The notes beneath the pieces are model-generated. The model was not told where the DNA came from and made no database searches. It saw nothing but the letters and a program-made list of their open reading frames with translations. A DNA stretch of 29,110 bases, from NCBI RefSeq assembly GCF_004010195.1, contig NC_057718.1, forward strand, positions 28,173,780-28,202,889. Reading direction: 5' to 3'. Below are positions 10,296 to 22,122 of this stretch, piece after piece. Source of the stretch: Chiloscyllium plagiosum. Its lineage: Eukaryota. A program made the position numbers and the translations under genes. How positions within the stretch are numbered: the stretch's first letter is position 1; the number at the start of each line of letters is the position of its first letter.

Positions 10296-11048
10296 ATGCT
10301 GCAGATGGACAGAGCAGAGTGCAGTAGAGCAACAAGTCCCACTTCCTTAACTGTTCAGAACTCCCCCTGTGGCAAACTGCCTGCCTTTCCCTTCACATTC
10401 TAAGCAAACTGCCCCGTGCAATAAGATGACGTCTTCCGGCAAAATGGCGAGGGAGTAGCCAGTTCTGAGCCTGGGACACATTTGCTCCATCTGCTTTTCT
10501 CTGAGCTTCTTTTCTTTTCTCTCTCTCTTTTCTCATTTTCTTTGTCTTTGCTTTACTTGCCTCTTGTTGAAGAGCTCAGCGACAGAATTGGCTGCGGTGA
10601 GCGAGCCCAGCGCGGACTCATGGCGGCAGCCTCGCAGGCGAGTTTGGGCTCCCAGCGGTGTCTGTGTCCACCGCAGATTCATGGAGGTGGTGGGGGAGGT
10701 GGGTTTGGGCCCAGGGGGAAACCTTGGCGGCATCAGCAGCTACTGCACTGGCGAGGTGGGCCCAAAGCAGGCTCACAGCGCCGGCTGAGTTGAGTTTGAA
10801 CTGGTGCAGTACCCAGCGGCACCAGTGGCATTTACAATGGCAAGGCCCAAGAGGACTCATAGTGGCAAAGGCATCAGTGGTGGCAAGATGGCACTGAAGA
10901 GGGGCAACTTTTATTCCTCTAGTGGTGTCACAGTGAAGGGGACTCGAGCATGGCCATAGGCTCCTTGCCCATGATGGCACACTTAACAAGAAGGACTCTA
11001 AAGTTGGACACTACTTATTTCTTTATTTTTTAGCCTTCATATTCTATG

Positions 11049-12272
11049 GATGTGGATGTAAGTTTGCTCACTGAGCTGGAATGTTTGCTTTCAGATGTTT
11101 CATCACCATTCTAAGTAACATCATCAGAGAGCCTCTGGTGAAGTGCTGATGTCATGTCCTGCTTTATATTTATATGTTTAGGTTTCCTTGGGTTGGTGAT
11201 GTTATTTCCCGTTCTTTTTCTCAGAGGGTGGTAGATGGAGTCCAAATGAATGTATTTGTTGATAGAGTTACGGTTGGAATGCCATGTTTCTAGGAATTCT
11301 TGTGTGTGTCTCTGTTTGGCTTGTCCTAGGATGGATGTTTTGTCCCAGTCAAAGTGGTGTCCTTCCTCATCTGTACGTAAGGATACTAGTGCGAGTGGGT
11401 TGTTTTTTTTGTGGCTAGTTGATGTTCATGTATCCTGGTGGCTAGTTTTCTGCCTATTTGTCCAATGTAGTGTTTGTTAAAGTTCTTGCATGGTATTTTG
11501 TAAATGACATGGGATTTGCTTGTTATCTGTATAGGATTTTTTAAGTTCATTAGCTGCTGTTTTAGTGTGTTGACGGGTTTGTGGGTGACCATGGTGCCAA
11601 GAGATCTGAGTAGTATGGTGGTCATTTCCGAAATGTCTTTGATGTAGGGGAGAGTGTCTGGACGCATTTTGTCTGCTTGTTTGGCAGACTGTGGTAATTG
11701 GGTACCTGCTCCTTTTGAATACACTGTATAGGTGTTTTTCCTCTGCTCTTCGTAGTTCCTCCGTGCTGCAGTATGGTGACTCATTGAAGTGATTTTCTAA
11801 TCATTCCAATACCCACTCATTTGTGGGTGTTGGATTGATTGCTTCTGTAGTTCAGTATTTGGTCCGTATGTGTTGTTTTCCTGTAGACATTGGTTTGAAG
11901 TTCCCCATTGGCTCTTTACTCTACCGTGACATCTAGGAATGGCAGTTTGTTGTTATTTTCCTCCTCTTCAGTGAATTTTATGCCAAGAAAGATATTATTA
12001 ATGGTCTTGAAGGTTTCTGCTAATGTGTTTATTTAATGATGACAAAGATGTCATCCACGTAGCGGACCCAAAGTTTGAGTTGGATGGTTGGCAGAGCTGT
12101 TTGTTCGAGTCTCTGCATTACTGCCTCTGCTAAAAACCCTGATATTAGAGATCCCATGGGTGTTCTGTTGGTCTGTCTGTAGGTTTTGTTATTGAATGTG
12201 AAGTGGGTGGTAAGGCATAGGTCCACTAGTTTGACAATGTTGTCCTTGCTGATGAAGCTGATGAAAATCAAA
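11049..12272 (-). mobile_element. Penelope-like element (Penelope/Poseidon type), 5'-truncated
   Basis: RT motifs TPMGSLISGFLAE and WVRYVDDIF; GIY-YIG VIYKIPCKNFNKHYIGQIGRKLATRIHEH; 10-bp TSD atattctatg at 11039-11048 and 12273-12282. Confidence 0.95.
11094..11127 (-). ncRNA. Minimal hammerhead-ribozyme-like motif in the PLE terminal repeat (decayed)
   Basis: CUGAUGA-U-GUUAC-loop-GUGAU-GAAAC-AUC; the cleavage-site region is consistent with CpG decay of GUC. Confidence 0.6.
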
Positions 12273-12939
12273 ATATTCTATGTTTTGGTTTATTTCTCTG
12301 TCTTTTAAGGTGATGTTTGAGCATAGCGACACCATACAACACTTTTCACTGTATTTTGTAACAAAGTGCACATGACAATAAATAAATCAAACTAAATGAA
12401 ATCAAATCCAACTCTGTTCCCCTCTCTTCTTAGGATCTAAAATCCCTCTAGACCCAACAATTCCCTTCTCTCTCTCCACTGGACCTAGTAAGTTTCTTTT
12501 CACCAGGATCCACAGCCCACTGCTCCCAGGGACTGTGAGACATATTCCCCTCCCTGACCTGATGGCCCACTCCCTCCCCAGGATAGAGTATCTCTCTCTA
12601 CTTTGTTGGACAGGACATAACGTTCCCACTTGACTCCATTAAGGTTCACAATGGGCCATGCTGATTGTGCTCAGTCAGCTTGTGCTTGCAGCTTCTGAAA
12701 AGGATATCTACCGCTGGAAGCCATTTTATCGAAATAATTTCTTAAATGATCCAGACTGCGCCGAGAGTTACAATCTAAATCAGTTTTACATAATCAGGTG
12801 GTCTTGCAGAGTGATGCTAGAAACTACAAATATTGATAGACAGGATCCTGTTTCATGAACACAAAATGAATTTATACACACATTGTTGCACTTGTTTCAT
12901 GAAAATAAAGGAGACACCGAGATTGTTTAGCTCTGCTGC

Positions 12940-12968
12940 ATTTCCATGGCAACACACAGACCAATCAG
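12940..12968 (+). promoter_or_regulatory. RFX X-box-like site next to a CCAAT box
   Basis: atttccatggcaac followed 7 bp later by ccaatcag; may be repeat-derived. Confidence 0.25.
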
Positions 12969-13842
12969 GATCCAGCTGCCTTGTCTGAGAATTAAGATTG
13001 ACAGGTCACTGTTACTGCTCTATCCCCATACTGATGATGGCCCAACCATTGAGCACCCACTTCTCATTTTGGAAAATTGGCACCCCTTTTGTCAAGTCTC
13101 TTTCCTACATCCTGTGGTCCTGAGGAGCGCAACACAAAATAAAATTCAAGGGAAAAAACCTGCTGACTTTTTGTCAACCATTTTATAAAACCAGAACCTA
13201 CCCAAGTAAATCCACTCTACACTCAACTTCACTCCAGGAAGTTATCTGCATAAATATTCCCTATCTCCCAAAAACAATAAAATAAACCTGCAGAATATTC
13301 ACCCATTCTTAACATTTTTCACAGCTCAACTTTGGCCATCAGTTCTTTAGATAATATTTCTCTCTGCTTTCTTCAGCAGTACTCAGTACTGAAATCATGA
13401 ATTGCCTGATCATCCCAAGCCTATAATTATCCCTAAAGCTACAAATCTTAATCACTTTCATAATTGTTTGCAATTGAGAAAGCACCAGTTCCATTCATCA
13501 CTCTGGTGAATGCAATTTAGCAGGGGTGAATTTCCATGACAGTTCTTACAAAATCAGAATTGATGTCACAGTAGTTAGCATTGAGATAGATTAGTGGCTG
13601 CACTAGAAGCAATACTTTCTGGCATCCTTTTAGTCGAGTGTATACTCTGTCTGATACAATGCAAATAAGTTCAGGAGGGACATGCTGCCTTTCCTGTGCT
13701 TTGTGTGATCATTTTAATTGTCAATTGGTGAATTTTCAACAAGGTGCTCCATAGCATGAGTTGTAACTCCTCTAGCTTTGTCTCCTAGTGTCAGGTTATG
13801 TATAGGACTGAGCAAATAGCTAGGCAAGAACTCTCAGTTTTG

Positions 13843-15277
13843 GGGCAGCAAAGTGGCACAGTGGATAGCACTGTTGCTCATGGTGCCAGGATCCTGCATT
13901 CAATTTCAGATTGTCTATCTGTGTGGAGTTAGCATGTTCTTCCCAATGCCTACATGTAAGTTCTCCTCTTTCTTCCCACAGTTCAAAGCTACCACCCTCT
14001 GTGTGAAAAAAATGCCCCTTAGGTCTCTTTTATATCTGTCGCCTCTCATCCTAAACCTATGACCTCTAGTTCGGGATTACCTCACCCCAGAGAAGATAGC
14101 TTGTCTATTTATCCTATCCATGCCCATCATAATTTTCTAAACTTCTATAAGGTCACCCCTCAGCCTCCGGTGCTCCAGGGAAAACAGCCCCAGCCTATTC
14201 AGCCTCTCCCTATAACTCAAATCCTCCAACCCTGGTAACATTCCTGTAAATCTTTTCTGAACCCTTTCAAATTTCACAACATCCTTCCGATAGGAAAGAC
14301 ACCAGAATTGCATGCAACATTCCAAAAGTGGCCTAACCAATGTCCTGCACAGCCGCAACATGACCTCCCAACTCCCGTAATCAATACTCTGACCAATAAA
14401 GGAAAGCATTCCAAACACCTTCTTCACTATCCTATCTACCTGCGGCTCTACTTTCAAGAAGCTATGAACTGCACTCCAAGGTCTCTTTGTTCAGCAACAT
14501 TTCCTCGGACCTTTCCATTAAATGTATAAGTCCTGCTAAGATTTGCTTTCCCAAAAGGAAGCGCCTCACATTTATCTAAATTAAACTCTGTCTGCCACTT
14601 CTCAGCCCACTGACCCATCTGATCAAGATCCCATTGTAGTCTGAGGTAACCTTCTTCGCTGTCCACTACATCTCCAATTTTGGTGTCATCTGCAAACTTA
14701 CTAACTGTATCTTCTATGCTTACATCCAATCATTTATATAAATAAGGGAAAATAGTAGACCCAGCACCGCTCCTTGTGGCACTCCACTGGTCACAGGCCT
14801 CTAGTCTGAAAAACAATCCTCCACCACCACCCTCTGCCTTCTACCTTTGAGCCAGTTCTGTATCCAAATGGCTAGTTTTCCCTGTATTCCATGAGATCCA
14901 ACCTTGCTGCTGCCAGAGGAAGTGGTAGAGGCTAGTACAAATGCAACATTTGAAAGGCATCTGGATGGGTATATGAATAGGAAGGGTTTGGAGGGATATG
15001 GGCTGGGTGCTGGCAGGTGGGTCTAGATTGCATTGGGATATCTGGTCAGCATGGACGGGTTGGACCGAAGGGTCTGCTTCCGTATTATACATCTCTATAA
15101 CTCTATGACTCTATGTGCAGGTGAGGTGGATTGGCCATGCTAAATTGCCCAGTGTTCAGAGATGTGCAGGAAGGGTGAATTAGCCGTGGGAAAAGCAGAG
15201 TTACAGGGTTGCTCTTTGGAGGGGACGGTGTGGACTTAATGGACCGATTGGCCTGCCCCCATTCTGTAGGCATTCAG
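13843..15277 (+). mobile_element. HE1-like V-SINE split by a CR1 insertion (halves 13843-13988 and 15113-15277)
   Basis: tRNA head and V-domain end at cccacagttcaaag; the SINE resumes at atgtgcaggtgaggtggattggccatgc, collinear with the copy at 3938. Confidence 0.85.
13989..15112. mobile_element. CR1 LINE with 5' inversion (13989-14908 minus, 14909-15112 plus)
   Basis: The minus part encodes SKFADDTK...LVRPLLECCMQFW...RRLRGDLIEV and ends at FTQRVV; the plus part continues LPEEVVEA to the (ctctatga)n tail. Confidence 0.93.
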
Positions 15278-16179
15278 TGAGGCCATTTATAAAATACCTT
15301 CCAATCACCAAAGGTACGACCATCTCACTCAGAATGACTATGGGATATTGAATTTAAATCAATCTGGTGTGAATAGTTCATTTTTATATTGAGTATTGCA
15401 TTTGGACACTGCTGATTTAAGATTTTATTTTTCTAACCTTGTGCTAAGACATAAACAATCAACTGGACACAGTCTGATTGGGAAAATTCAGTGGTGAGCA
15501 TCATATGGATGTAACAGGGATTGCTCACCATTTCAGTCATTTAAATTGATGCATGGGAACACATGCATTTTTTTTCAAAAAACTTTTGACAAGTCAAACC
15601 TTCAGTACACCAAGTAGCAATCACTCTGCACTTAGTGTGCAGCATTGCTGCTATCATATTGTTGTTGGTCACAGGACTACATAGGAATGCTACATCTCAG
15701 ACTTTCACACATTAAAGCTGTGCGGCACTGACAAGCAATGGAACTTGTGCCCTGGCTCTAGGTCCAACCTCATCCATGGTTAATCACAGAAAAGAAAACA
15801 GGAACAGCATGTAATACTCCTCATTTCACCACCAGAGTAGTTGATGTTCATAAGCTTTTGAGTTAGTGCTTTAAGCAAAAAATTAAAAAACAGAAACTCA
15901 CATTTAAAGACAGCTTTTCACGAGAAATAAATTACTACTGAAATATAGCCACTGTTCTTGTGGAGACAAATGGGGCAGCTGATTTGTGCACAGCATGAAG
16001 AAGCTGATAACTATGGCAGCACATAATCAAAGGTTGAATCCCATCCAGGATTTACTCGAGTTTTTAGTGTGAGGCTGGCTGACAGAATCACTGCACCTAT
16101 TCCTCTCAAAAAAGCAATGAGGCAATCTACGAGATTTTAATTAATGATGTCTTGGGTAGTATTGCAAATATTAGGAAGA

Positions 16180-16560
16180 ATTAACTTGCATTTAAAGGAC
16201 ATCTTGAGGAAGTCACAAATATGCTTCAAAGCCAATCAATTACTTTAGAAGATAGTCTCTTGTTTTATAGACAATTGCAATTTGCAAACAGCACGATCCC
16301 ATAAATAACAATGAGATACAAGACTGGTAGTGTGGTGCTGGTCAATGTCAGTCAAAGCAACTCTATGACAATGCCATGGAACATACTTCAGCAGATAGAC
16401 AGTACATAGGTAGGTGCTGTGGAATGGTGGCGCATTCAGAAATACAACAAAACCTTCAATATTGATCTGAAATATCATCTTAGATCACAGACTGGAATCT
16501 TGTAGGGACATTTGAGTGCATAACCTTTGAACTCGGGGTAAGAGTGGACTATAAATCAAG
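16180..16560 (-). mobile_element. Ancient Deu-domain-type SINE relic
   Basis: Reverse strand tgggatcgtgctgtttgcaaattg...attggctttgaagc...aaatgcaagtt resembles the DeuSINE 3' region (from recall). Confidence 0.5.
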
Positions 16561-16838
16561 GTGAGAATAACACACCAGCTTTTTAAGTTAATTATGTAAT
16601 ATTTCTTAACATAAAACTTCTTAAAAATTTTGTTAAAAAAAAATTCCTGACATTTTAGCATATGATTTATCAGATTTTAAACTCGTCCCTTTTTTATATC
16701 ATTTATCGGATCAAACTTAATGCGGAGTAAAAAAGGTTCATCTTTTAATTTTGTAAATTGAATTTGTGTCGACTGAAAATATGATTATTCAACATGCTTT
16801 AAAGTTGTTTTCCAATGCCTTTTGACTGTAGTCATCCT

Positions 16839-16897
16839 TTCCTTGTCAGTTTCTATGGAGTGGTAACTTCCTTGTCAGTTTTTATGGAGTGGTAACT
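16839..16897. repeat. 29-bp tandem duplication
   Basis: ttccttgtcagttt(c/t)tatggagtggtaac, two copies. Confidence 0.95.
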
Positions 16898-17244
16898 GTA
16901 AGCCAAACCCACAAATATCGACCACTTTCACTGACTATCTGCCTCTTTTACTCAGACTTTTACCCACACATCTGGATCACACAACTGCCCGCCATCCTAA
17001 GCCCCGAGGGCATTCCCATCAAAGTAGCTAAATTCTAACTGGAATTGGTGTAGGTCCTTGAGGAGGTTTATTTAGTATCATGGTGATTGCTGCTTTATGT
17101 TGCTGACTACGAAATCACAAAATGCTGTTTTCTCATATCCTTCTAAGATCCAATCTCCTTTACTTACTACTGACAAAAAAGATTGGATTTGAGTGAGTTT
17201 TCTGTGGACTTTTCCAGAACTTAAGCCAGGCACATGTGAACATC

Positions 17245-17600
17245 TAGGAATAGAGGAGCAAGTTTAGGCTATTCAGCCACATTCCTGATGAAGGGCTTCT
17301 GCCCGAAATGTTGATTTTCCAGCTCCTCGGATGCTGCCTCACCTGCCGTGCTTTTCTGGCACCACACTCTCGACTCTAATCTCCAGCATCTGCACTACCC
17401 ACCTCTGCCTATTCAGCCACTTAATCTGTTTCACCATTCAAAGTGATTGTTGCTGATCTGAGTCTTGACACGATTTACCCATCTCTGATGCACATACTTT
17501 GATTTCCTTACTTAACAAAAACCTATGAATCTCAGTCTTGAAAATTTCAAATAATGCAGCATTAACAAGCTTCTGGGAAAGACAGTTCCAGATTTTGATT
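17245..17600 (-). mobile_element. Old CR1 3' end, interrupted by the 128-bp insertion
   Basis: taggctattcagccac|ttaatctgtttcaccattcaa...gctgatctg, similar to the CR1 tail at 9128-9343. Confidence 0.6.
17281..17408 (+). mobile_element. 128-bp PLE-terminus insertion starting at a hammerhead core
   Basis: TSD ctattcagccac at 17269-17280 and 17409-17420; begins attcCTGATGAagggcttctgcccGAAAtgtt. Confidence 0.9.
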
Positions 17601-17671
17601 ATTTTTCTTATATTTTATTCATTTATTCAGTAAGGCACTCAACATGGCTCCTCGTGGTTAACAACGTTAGA

Positions 17672-18678
17672 TCACAGGATGCAGGGAGAACTAGCTATTT
17701 GGATACAGAACTGGCTCAAAGGTGGTGGAGGGTTGCTTTTCACACTGGAGGCCTGTGTCACAAGGATTGGTGTTGGGTCCACTGCTATTTGTCTTTTATA
17801 TGAATGATTTGAATGTGAACGTAGAGTTATGGTTAGTAAGTTTGCAGATGACACTAAAATTGGAGGTATAGTGGACAGCAAAGAAGGTTACCTCAGAGTA
17901 CAACAGGATCTTGATCAGATGGGCAAGTCGTCTGGGAAATGGAGTTTAATTTCAATAAATGTAAGGTGATGCATTTTGAAAAAGTAAATCAGGGCAGGAC
18001 TTATACATGTAATAGTGGGTTTTGAGAAGATTTGTAGCTCAGGTTGAAGTTCATGGTGTAGGTTTGCTCGCTGAGCTGGAAGGTTCATTTTCAGAAGTTT
18101 CGTCACCATACTAGGTAACAGTGACCCTCTTGATGAAGCACTGCTAATGAAGCACTGCTTTCTATTTGTATGTTTCGCTTTCTTTGGGTTGGTGACATTA
18201 TTTCCTGTAGTGATGTCATTTCCTATGGTGATGTCATTTCCTGTTCTTTTTCTCAGGAGGTGGTAAATTGGGTCCAAGTCAATGTGTTTGTTGATAGAAT
18301 TCCGGCTGGAATGCCATGCCTCCCGGAATTCTTGTGTGTGTCTCTGTTTGGCTTGTCCTAGGATGCAGGTGTTTTCCCAGTCGAAGTCCTTCCTTATCTG
18401 TATGTAAGGATACTAGTGAGAGAGGATCATGTCGTTTTGTGGCTAGTTGATGTTCATGTATCATGGTGGCTAGTTTTCTGCCTGTTTGTCCAATGTAGTG
18501 TTTGTTACATTCTTGCATGGTATTTTGTAAATGACATTAGATTTGCTTGTTGTACCATTATAGACATAATGGTAAGATCCTGGGGAGTGTTGCTGAACAA
18601 AGAGACCTTGGAGTGCAGATTCATAGTTGGAGTTGCAAGTAGATAGGATAGTGATGAAGGCATTTGGTATGCTTGTCT
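17672..18678 (+). mobile_element. CR1 RT fragment split by a PLE
   Basis: VSKFADDTKIGGIVDS; the sequence resumes after 18558 collinear with the CR1 at 13989-14908. Confidence 0.88.
18017..18558 (-). mobile_element. PLE 3' fragment (same family as 11049-12272)
   Basis: CNKHYIGQTGRKLATMIHEHQLATKRHD (GIY-YIG); terminal repeat with a partly deleted hammerhead; diverged ~16-bp TSD at 18001-18016 and 18559-18574. Confidence 0.92.
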
Positions 18679-18804
18679 TAAAGTTAGCTTAAAGAGAAAA
18701 TGTCATAAGTGCTAACGAAAAAGTACGGGAAAACCCATGGATTCAGATCAGCATCCAGCTCTTTTAATGGATGTCAGCTAACTCTTCAGGAGTATTGAGA
18801 GTAC

Positions 18805-18890
18805 CGGGTCTGGGTGGGACGCTATTCTGAGGGTTGGTGTGGACTTGATGGGCTGAATCGCCTGCATCCGCATTGTAGGGATTCTATGAT
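18805..18890 (+). mobile_element. HE1-like SINE 3' fragment
   Basis: Matches 4177-4252. Confidence 0.75.
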
Positions 18891-18894
18891 CCTG

Positions 18895-19240
18895 GGAACT
18901 TGCCTGTGAATCAGAATGTAACAAACTCGAGCTCCATTCTAACACTTGAACAAAAGTGATTGATGGTGTCTGAGCACTGTCCTAAGAGAGTGCTGCACTG
19001 TCAGAAGTGCCAGTTTTTAGATTAGGTGTTAAATTAAGGAACGTCTGTCCTTCCAGATAGATGTAAATGGTTCCATATAACTATTTCGCTGCACAACTGA
19101 GGAGTTTTCCCAGTTTTCTTGCAATATGTATACCTCAACAAATACTAAAACAAAGCTTAATGCCTGTAAAAGGATCTTGCCATGAACTATGGCCTGTCCA
19201 TATAAACCATGCACCCCAAAATTACAAAAGGTATTGTCAT
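18895..19240 (+). mobile_element. Deu-domain-type SINE relic
   Basis: gagtgctgcactgtcagaagtgcc...gttaaattaagg...gatgtaaatggttccat resembles the Deu domain of AmnSINE1/SacSINE1 (from recall). Confidence 0.6.
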
Positions 19241-19649
19241 GTCTGCAGTAATAATTACCATACTTACAAACTCCTTCTTGTTACAATCTACAAATAAGGA
19301 TTATATTTTTAACACAATAATTGAGACTCACAATATTACATTGTGACCCTGTTGATTCCAGGTAACTGGACGAATTTACATTCTGTTTGCAATCAAGAGA
19401 TATTAGTTAATCATCAGTTGAGGGATAGGGAACCATATAATCCTTGACTATTACTATTACACATCCAACAATGCAGGTAATACATTAGGAATTAAATAAG
19501 TCCTTCACAGCAATTAAATCAATTTTTTTTTACAGAATATTAGCAGGTATCAGAAAAAAATACAGCCAGAGTCATTTGAGATTTACATTCATTTTGAGCT
19601 ATACTCCGAAATAATGCTGCGTCACTTGAGAGTTGCTATTTGTGTAACT

Positions 19650-19892
19650 TCCTGAAGCCCTACAACACTCAAATATGTCTGCACCTTTCCGTTCCTGGGC
19701 TCTTACACATCCCTGATTTTGTCACTCTACTATTAAGAGAGCCAGGTCTTCAGTTGTTAAGGTCCTAAACTTTGGAATACCCTCCCTCAGCTTCCCCCCC
19801 ACTTTATTTCACTTTTCTCTTTTAGATGGTCCTTAAACTCTATCATTTTGATCAGATGCTTCATCATCTGTCCTAATGTGGCTTTAGGTCAG
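19650..19892 (+). mobile_element. L2-type LINE 3' fragment
   Basis: Decayed FSC.GPKLWNTLP...LKLYHF C-terminal motif. Confidence 0.55.
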
Positions 19893-19994
19893 TGGTGGCT
19901 CTGCCGTTAATCCCCATCTCTGAGCCAGACATCAGTAATACTAAGACTGCAGTATTGTACTGCTGCAGTGCTGCAGTGCTGCAGTGTTAGATGT

Positions 19995-21618
19995 ACCTTT
20001 TTAAACAATTCAGTGAGTGGAGCAGCCACACTGCTAAAGTTCAGCACATATTTTCGGTAAAATCCATTCAATCCCAGGAACCATGGTACTGCTTTTTTCG
20101 TCGATGGTGTGGGAAATTCCACAATTACTTTCATTTTCACATCCCGTGGTGCCATTTGTCCATGTCCAATAACATGGCCCAGAAAGGCGACGTGGGCTTA
20201 GGCAAATTCACTTTTAGCGAGGTTTACCACCAAGCCTGCCTTCCAAAGTTGATCGAACAAGTCTGATAAATGTTATAAATGTTCTTTCTATGAGTGACCA
20301 AAATTCACCAGGTCATCAATATACATCACACAGTTGGGTAATCCAGTTTTATTACTGCCTGTGGTTTTCCGATTAGCTGACATGCATGACATATCTGGCA
20401 AAATTCAACTACATCTTTGTGTAGTCCAGGCCACTAACAATGACTTTGTATTTTAGCCTGTGTTTTCTTCACCCCTAAATGACCTCCAAGTGATAGCTCA
20501 TGCGCCACTTGCAGCACCTCCTATCCATAACCTACTGGTGAAATAATTTGGTGAATCTCTGCCCATTTCTCATCTCCTTGAATGTGTGATGGTCTCCATT
20601 TCCTCATTAAAATATCATTTTTTAAGTAACAACACACAGGGATGCATTCATTCTCCTCTTATACAACCTCTTTAACTCCTCATCTTTCTGCTGTAACTTG
20701 ATCAGCTTAGCAGAGCTAAAGATAATTGCATGTTTACCTATTTGCTCCTGCTCTGTGCCACTTATCTGATCAAAAAAAGTCTTGGATAAAGCTATATTAG
20801 CTTCTTATCTGTGCCTTTTGAACTCTCCTGCTTCAACTTGTGATCTTGTGACCACACAATCAGGGAAAATTTCTGGATAAACATTTTCCATGTCTTCAGT
20901 CACCTACGTCTCCACTGGCTTTTCAACTAGAGTAGGCAGCATGTTTACTAGTGGATCAGCTATATCATTTGCAAGGACAAATTGTATTTCTGAAGCAGAA
21001 AGTTCACCTACCACAAATTCTCCAGTCTTTTCTGGACTCTCTAGCCTCACTTTATGTCATTGAGTGCTTTTTGTCTCACCATAAATTCCTGTTACCGGTA
21101 CCTTTTCTGGCAATAGTCCCTCAGGAGTACATATCTCCTCATCCTTCAGCATCACAGATTGAGAGGATCCTGTGCCCCTTAATATTGTAACCTCTTTACC
21201 TGCTACTCCTGGCCTATGTGAATAAACTTTACCCTCGCATGTATATTTTTAAAGCAAATCTGGCACTTCCTCCTTAATCAACCTCTGATCATCTTGTATG
21301 CTCTAAGGCAGTTGTTTAACCTTCCTTGTGCTTTTTGTTACTTGTCCAACAAAACTTCCAGGCTTGTCCAGTTTTCCTACATTTGGCTTTCTCCTAGCCC
21401 ACCAACACTGTGATTTCGTGTGGCCCACTTTATTACAATGAAAACACCAGAGCTTTTTAACTTCTTTGTCCCCCTCAAGGGTTTCTTTTTTACCCTGTGG
21501 TAAATTATCCTTATCATCTTCACTGAGTTCTACCTTTCCCTTTCTATGTGAGGATTTCCCTTTGCCCCAGTTTCTATCCCTCACGGACTGAAATTGATTC
21601 TGGAAGCCAAACTGAGTT
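19995..21618 (-). mobile_element. Ty3/Gypsy (Gmr1-like) internal relic: Gag zinc knuckle, protease, integrase zinc domain, RT
   Basis: CFHCNKVGHTKSQC (21405-21446); ILRGTGSSQS...LANDIA...FPDCVVTRS (protease, catalytic D>G); AHELSLGGHLGV...CQICHAC (about 20350-20505); MYIDDL...FLGLNGFYRKYVLNFSSVAAPLTEL. Many stop codons. Confidence 0.92.
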
Positions 21619-22122
21619 TTATGGACCAGACCAATTTATTCACAAAATTACACAATGAAACACAATGGACAAAATAAACAACCCTACAGAACTCAGTCTA
21701 TCTAAATTAGACTTAATTGTGCTGTTCCAAATATACACAACAGTCCTAATAGGCAAACCCTCTTAAAGACTAAAAAAAAGGAACAGATGCCTACAGGTTG
21801 AAGTTAGAAAAACAGAAAGAGAGAGAGCCTGTTCACACAGTCCACTGCTGAACTGCCTAACTAGTTCTGGACTGAACCGCTCAGCGAGAGAGCTGACCAC
21901 TCCCCTTTCATTATACAGGTCACTTCTAAAACATGCCCATATTGTCTTGAAGTCTCTTCTGTCTGCATATAAACAAAAAGGCCTCTCAATACCCTTTAAT
22001 CTCCATACCAAACCAGTCTAATCAGCACTGGGTGTGGTTTATGACCCCTCTGAAAAAAACCAAGGAACAGTATCCTTGAGAAAAGGAACAGCTTTTAGAA
22101 AAAAGGGACCAGCTTTGTGACA
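21619..22122 (-). mobile_element. 5' LTR of the Gmr1-like element
   Basis: The minus strand starts TGTCACA, contains AATAAA and ends tctggtccataa like the LTR at 1320-2184; it abuts gag directly. Confidence 0.7.

Larger units (their letters stand above)
10480..12408 (+). mobile_element. Second GC-rich non-coding retroposon-like element, split by a PLE
   Basis: Pyrimidine head, GC/CpG-rich body at 10570-10980, T-rich spacer resuming after the PLE TSD, tail cttttcactgt...catgacaataaataaatcaaa. Confidence 0.55.

Noticed and set aside
10482..10989. Cluster of overlapping ORFs as a real gene
   Set aside because: Explained by the low stop-codon frequency of GC-rich repeat DNA.
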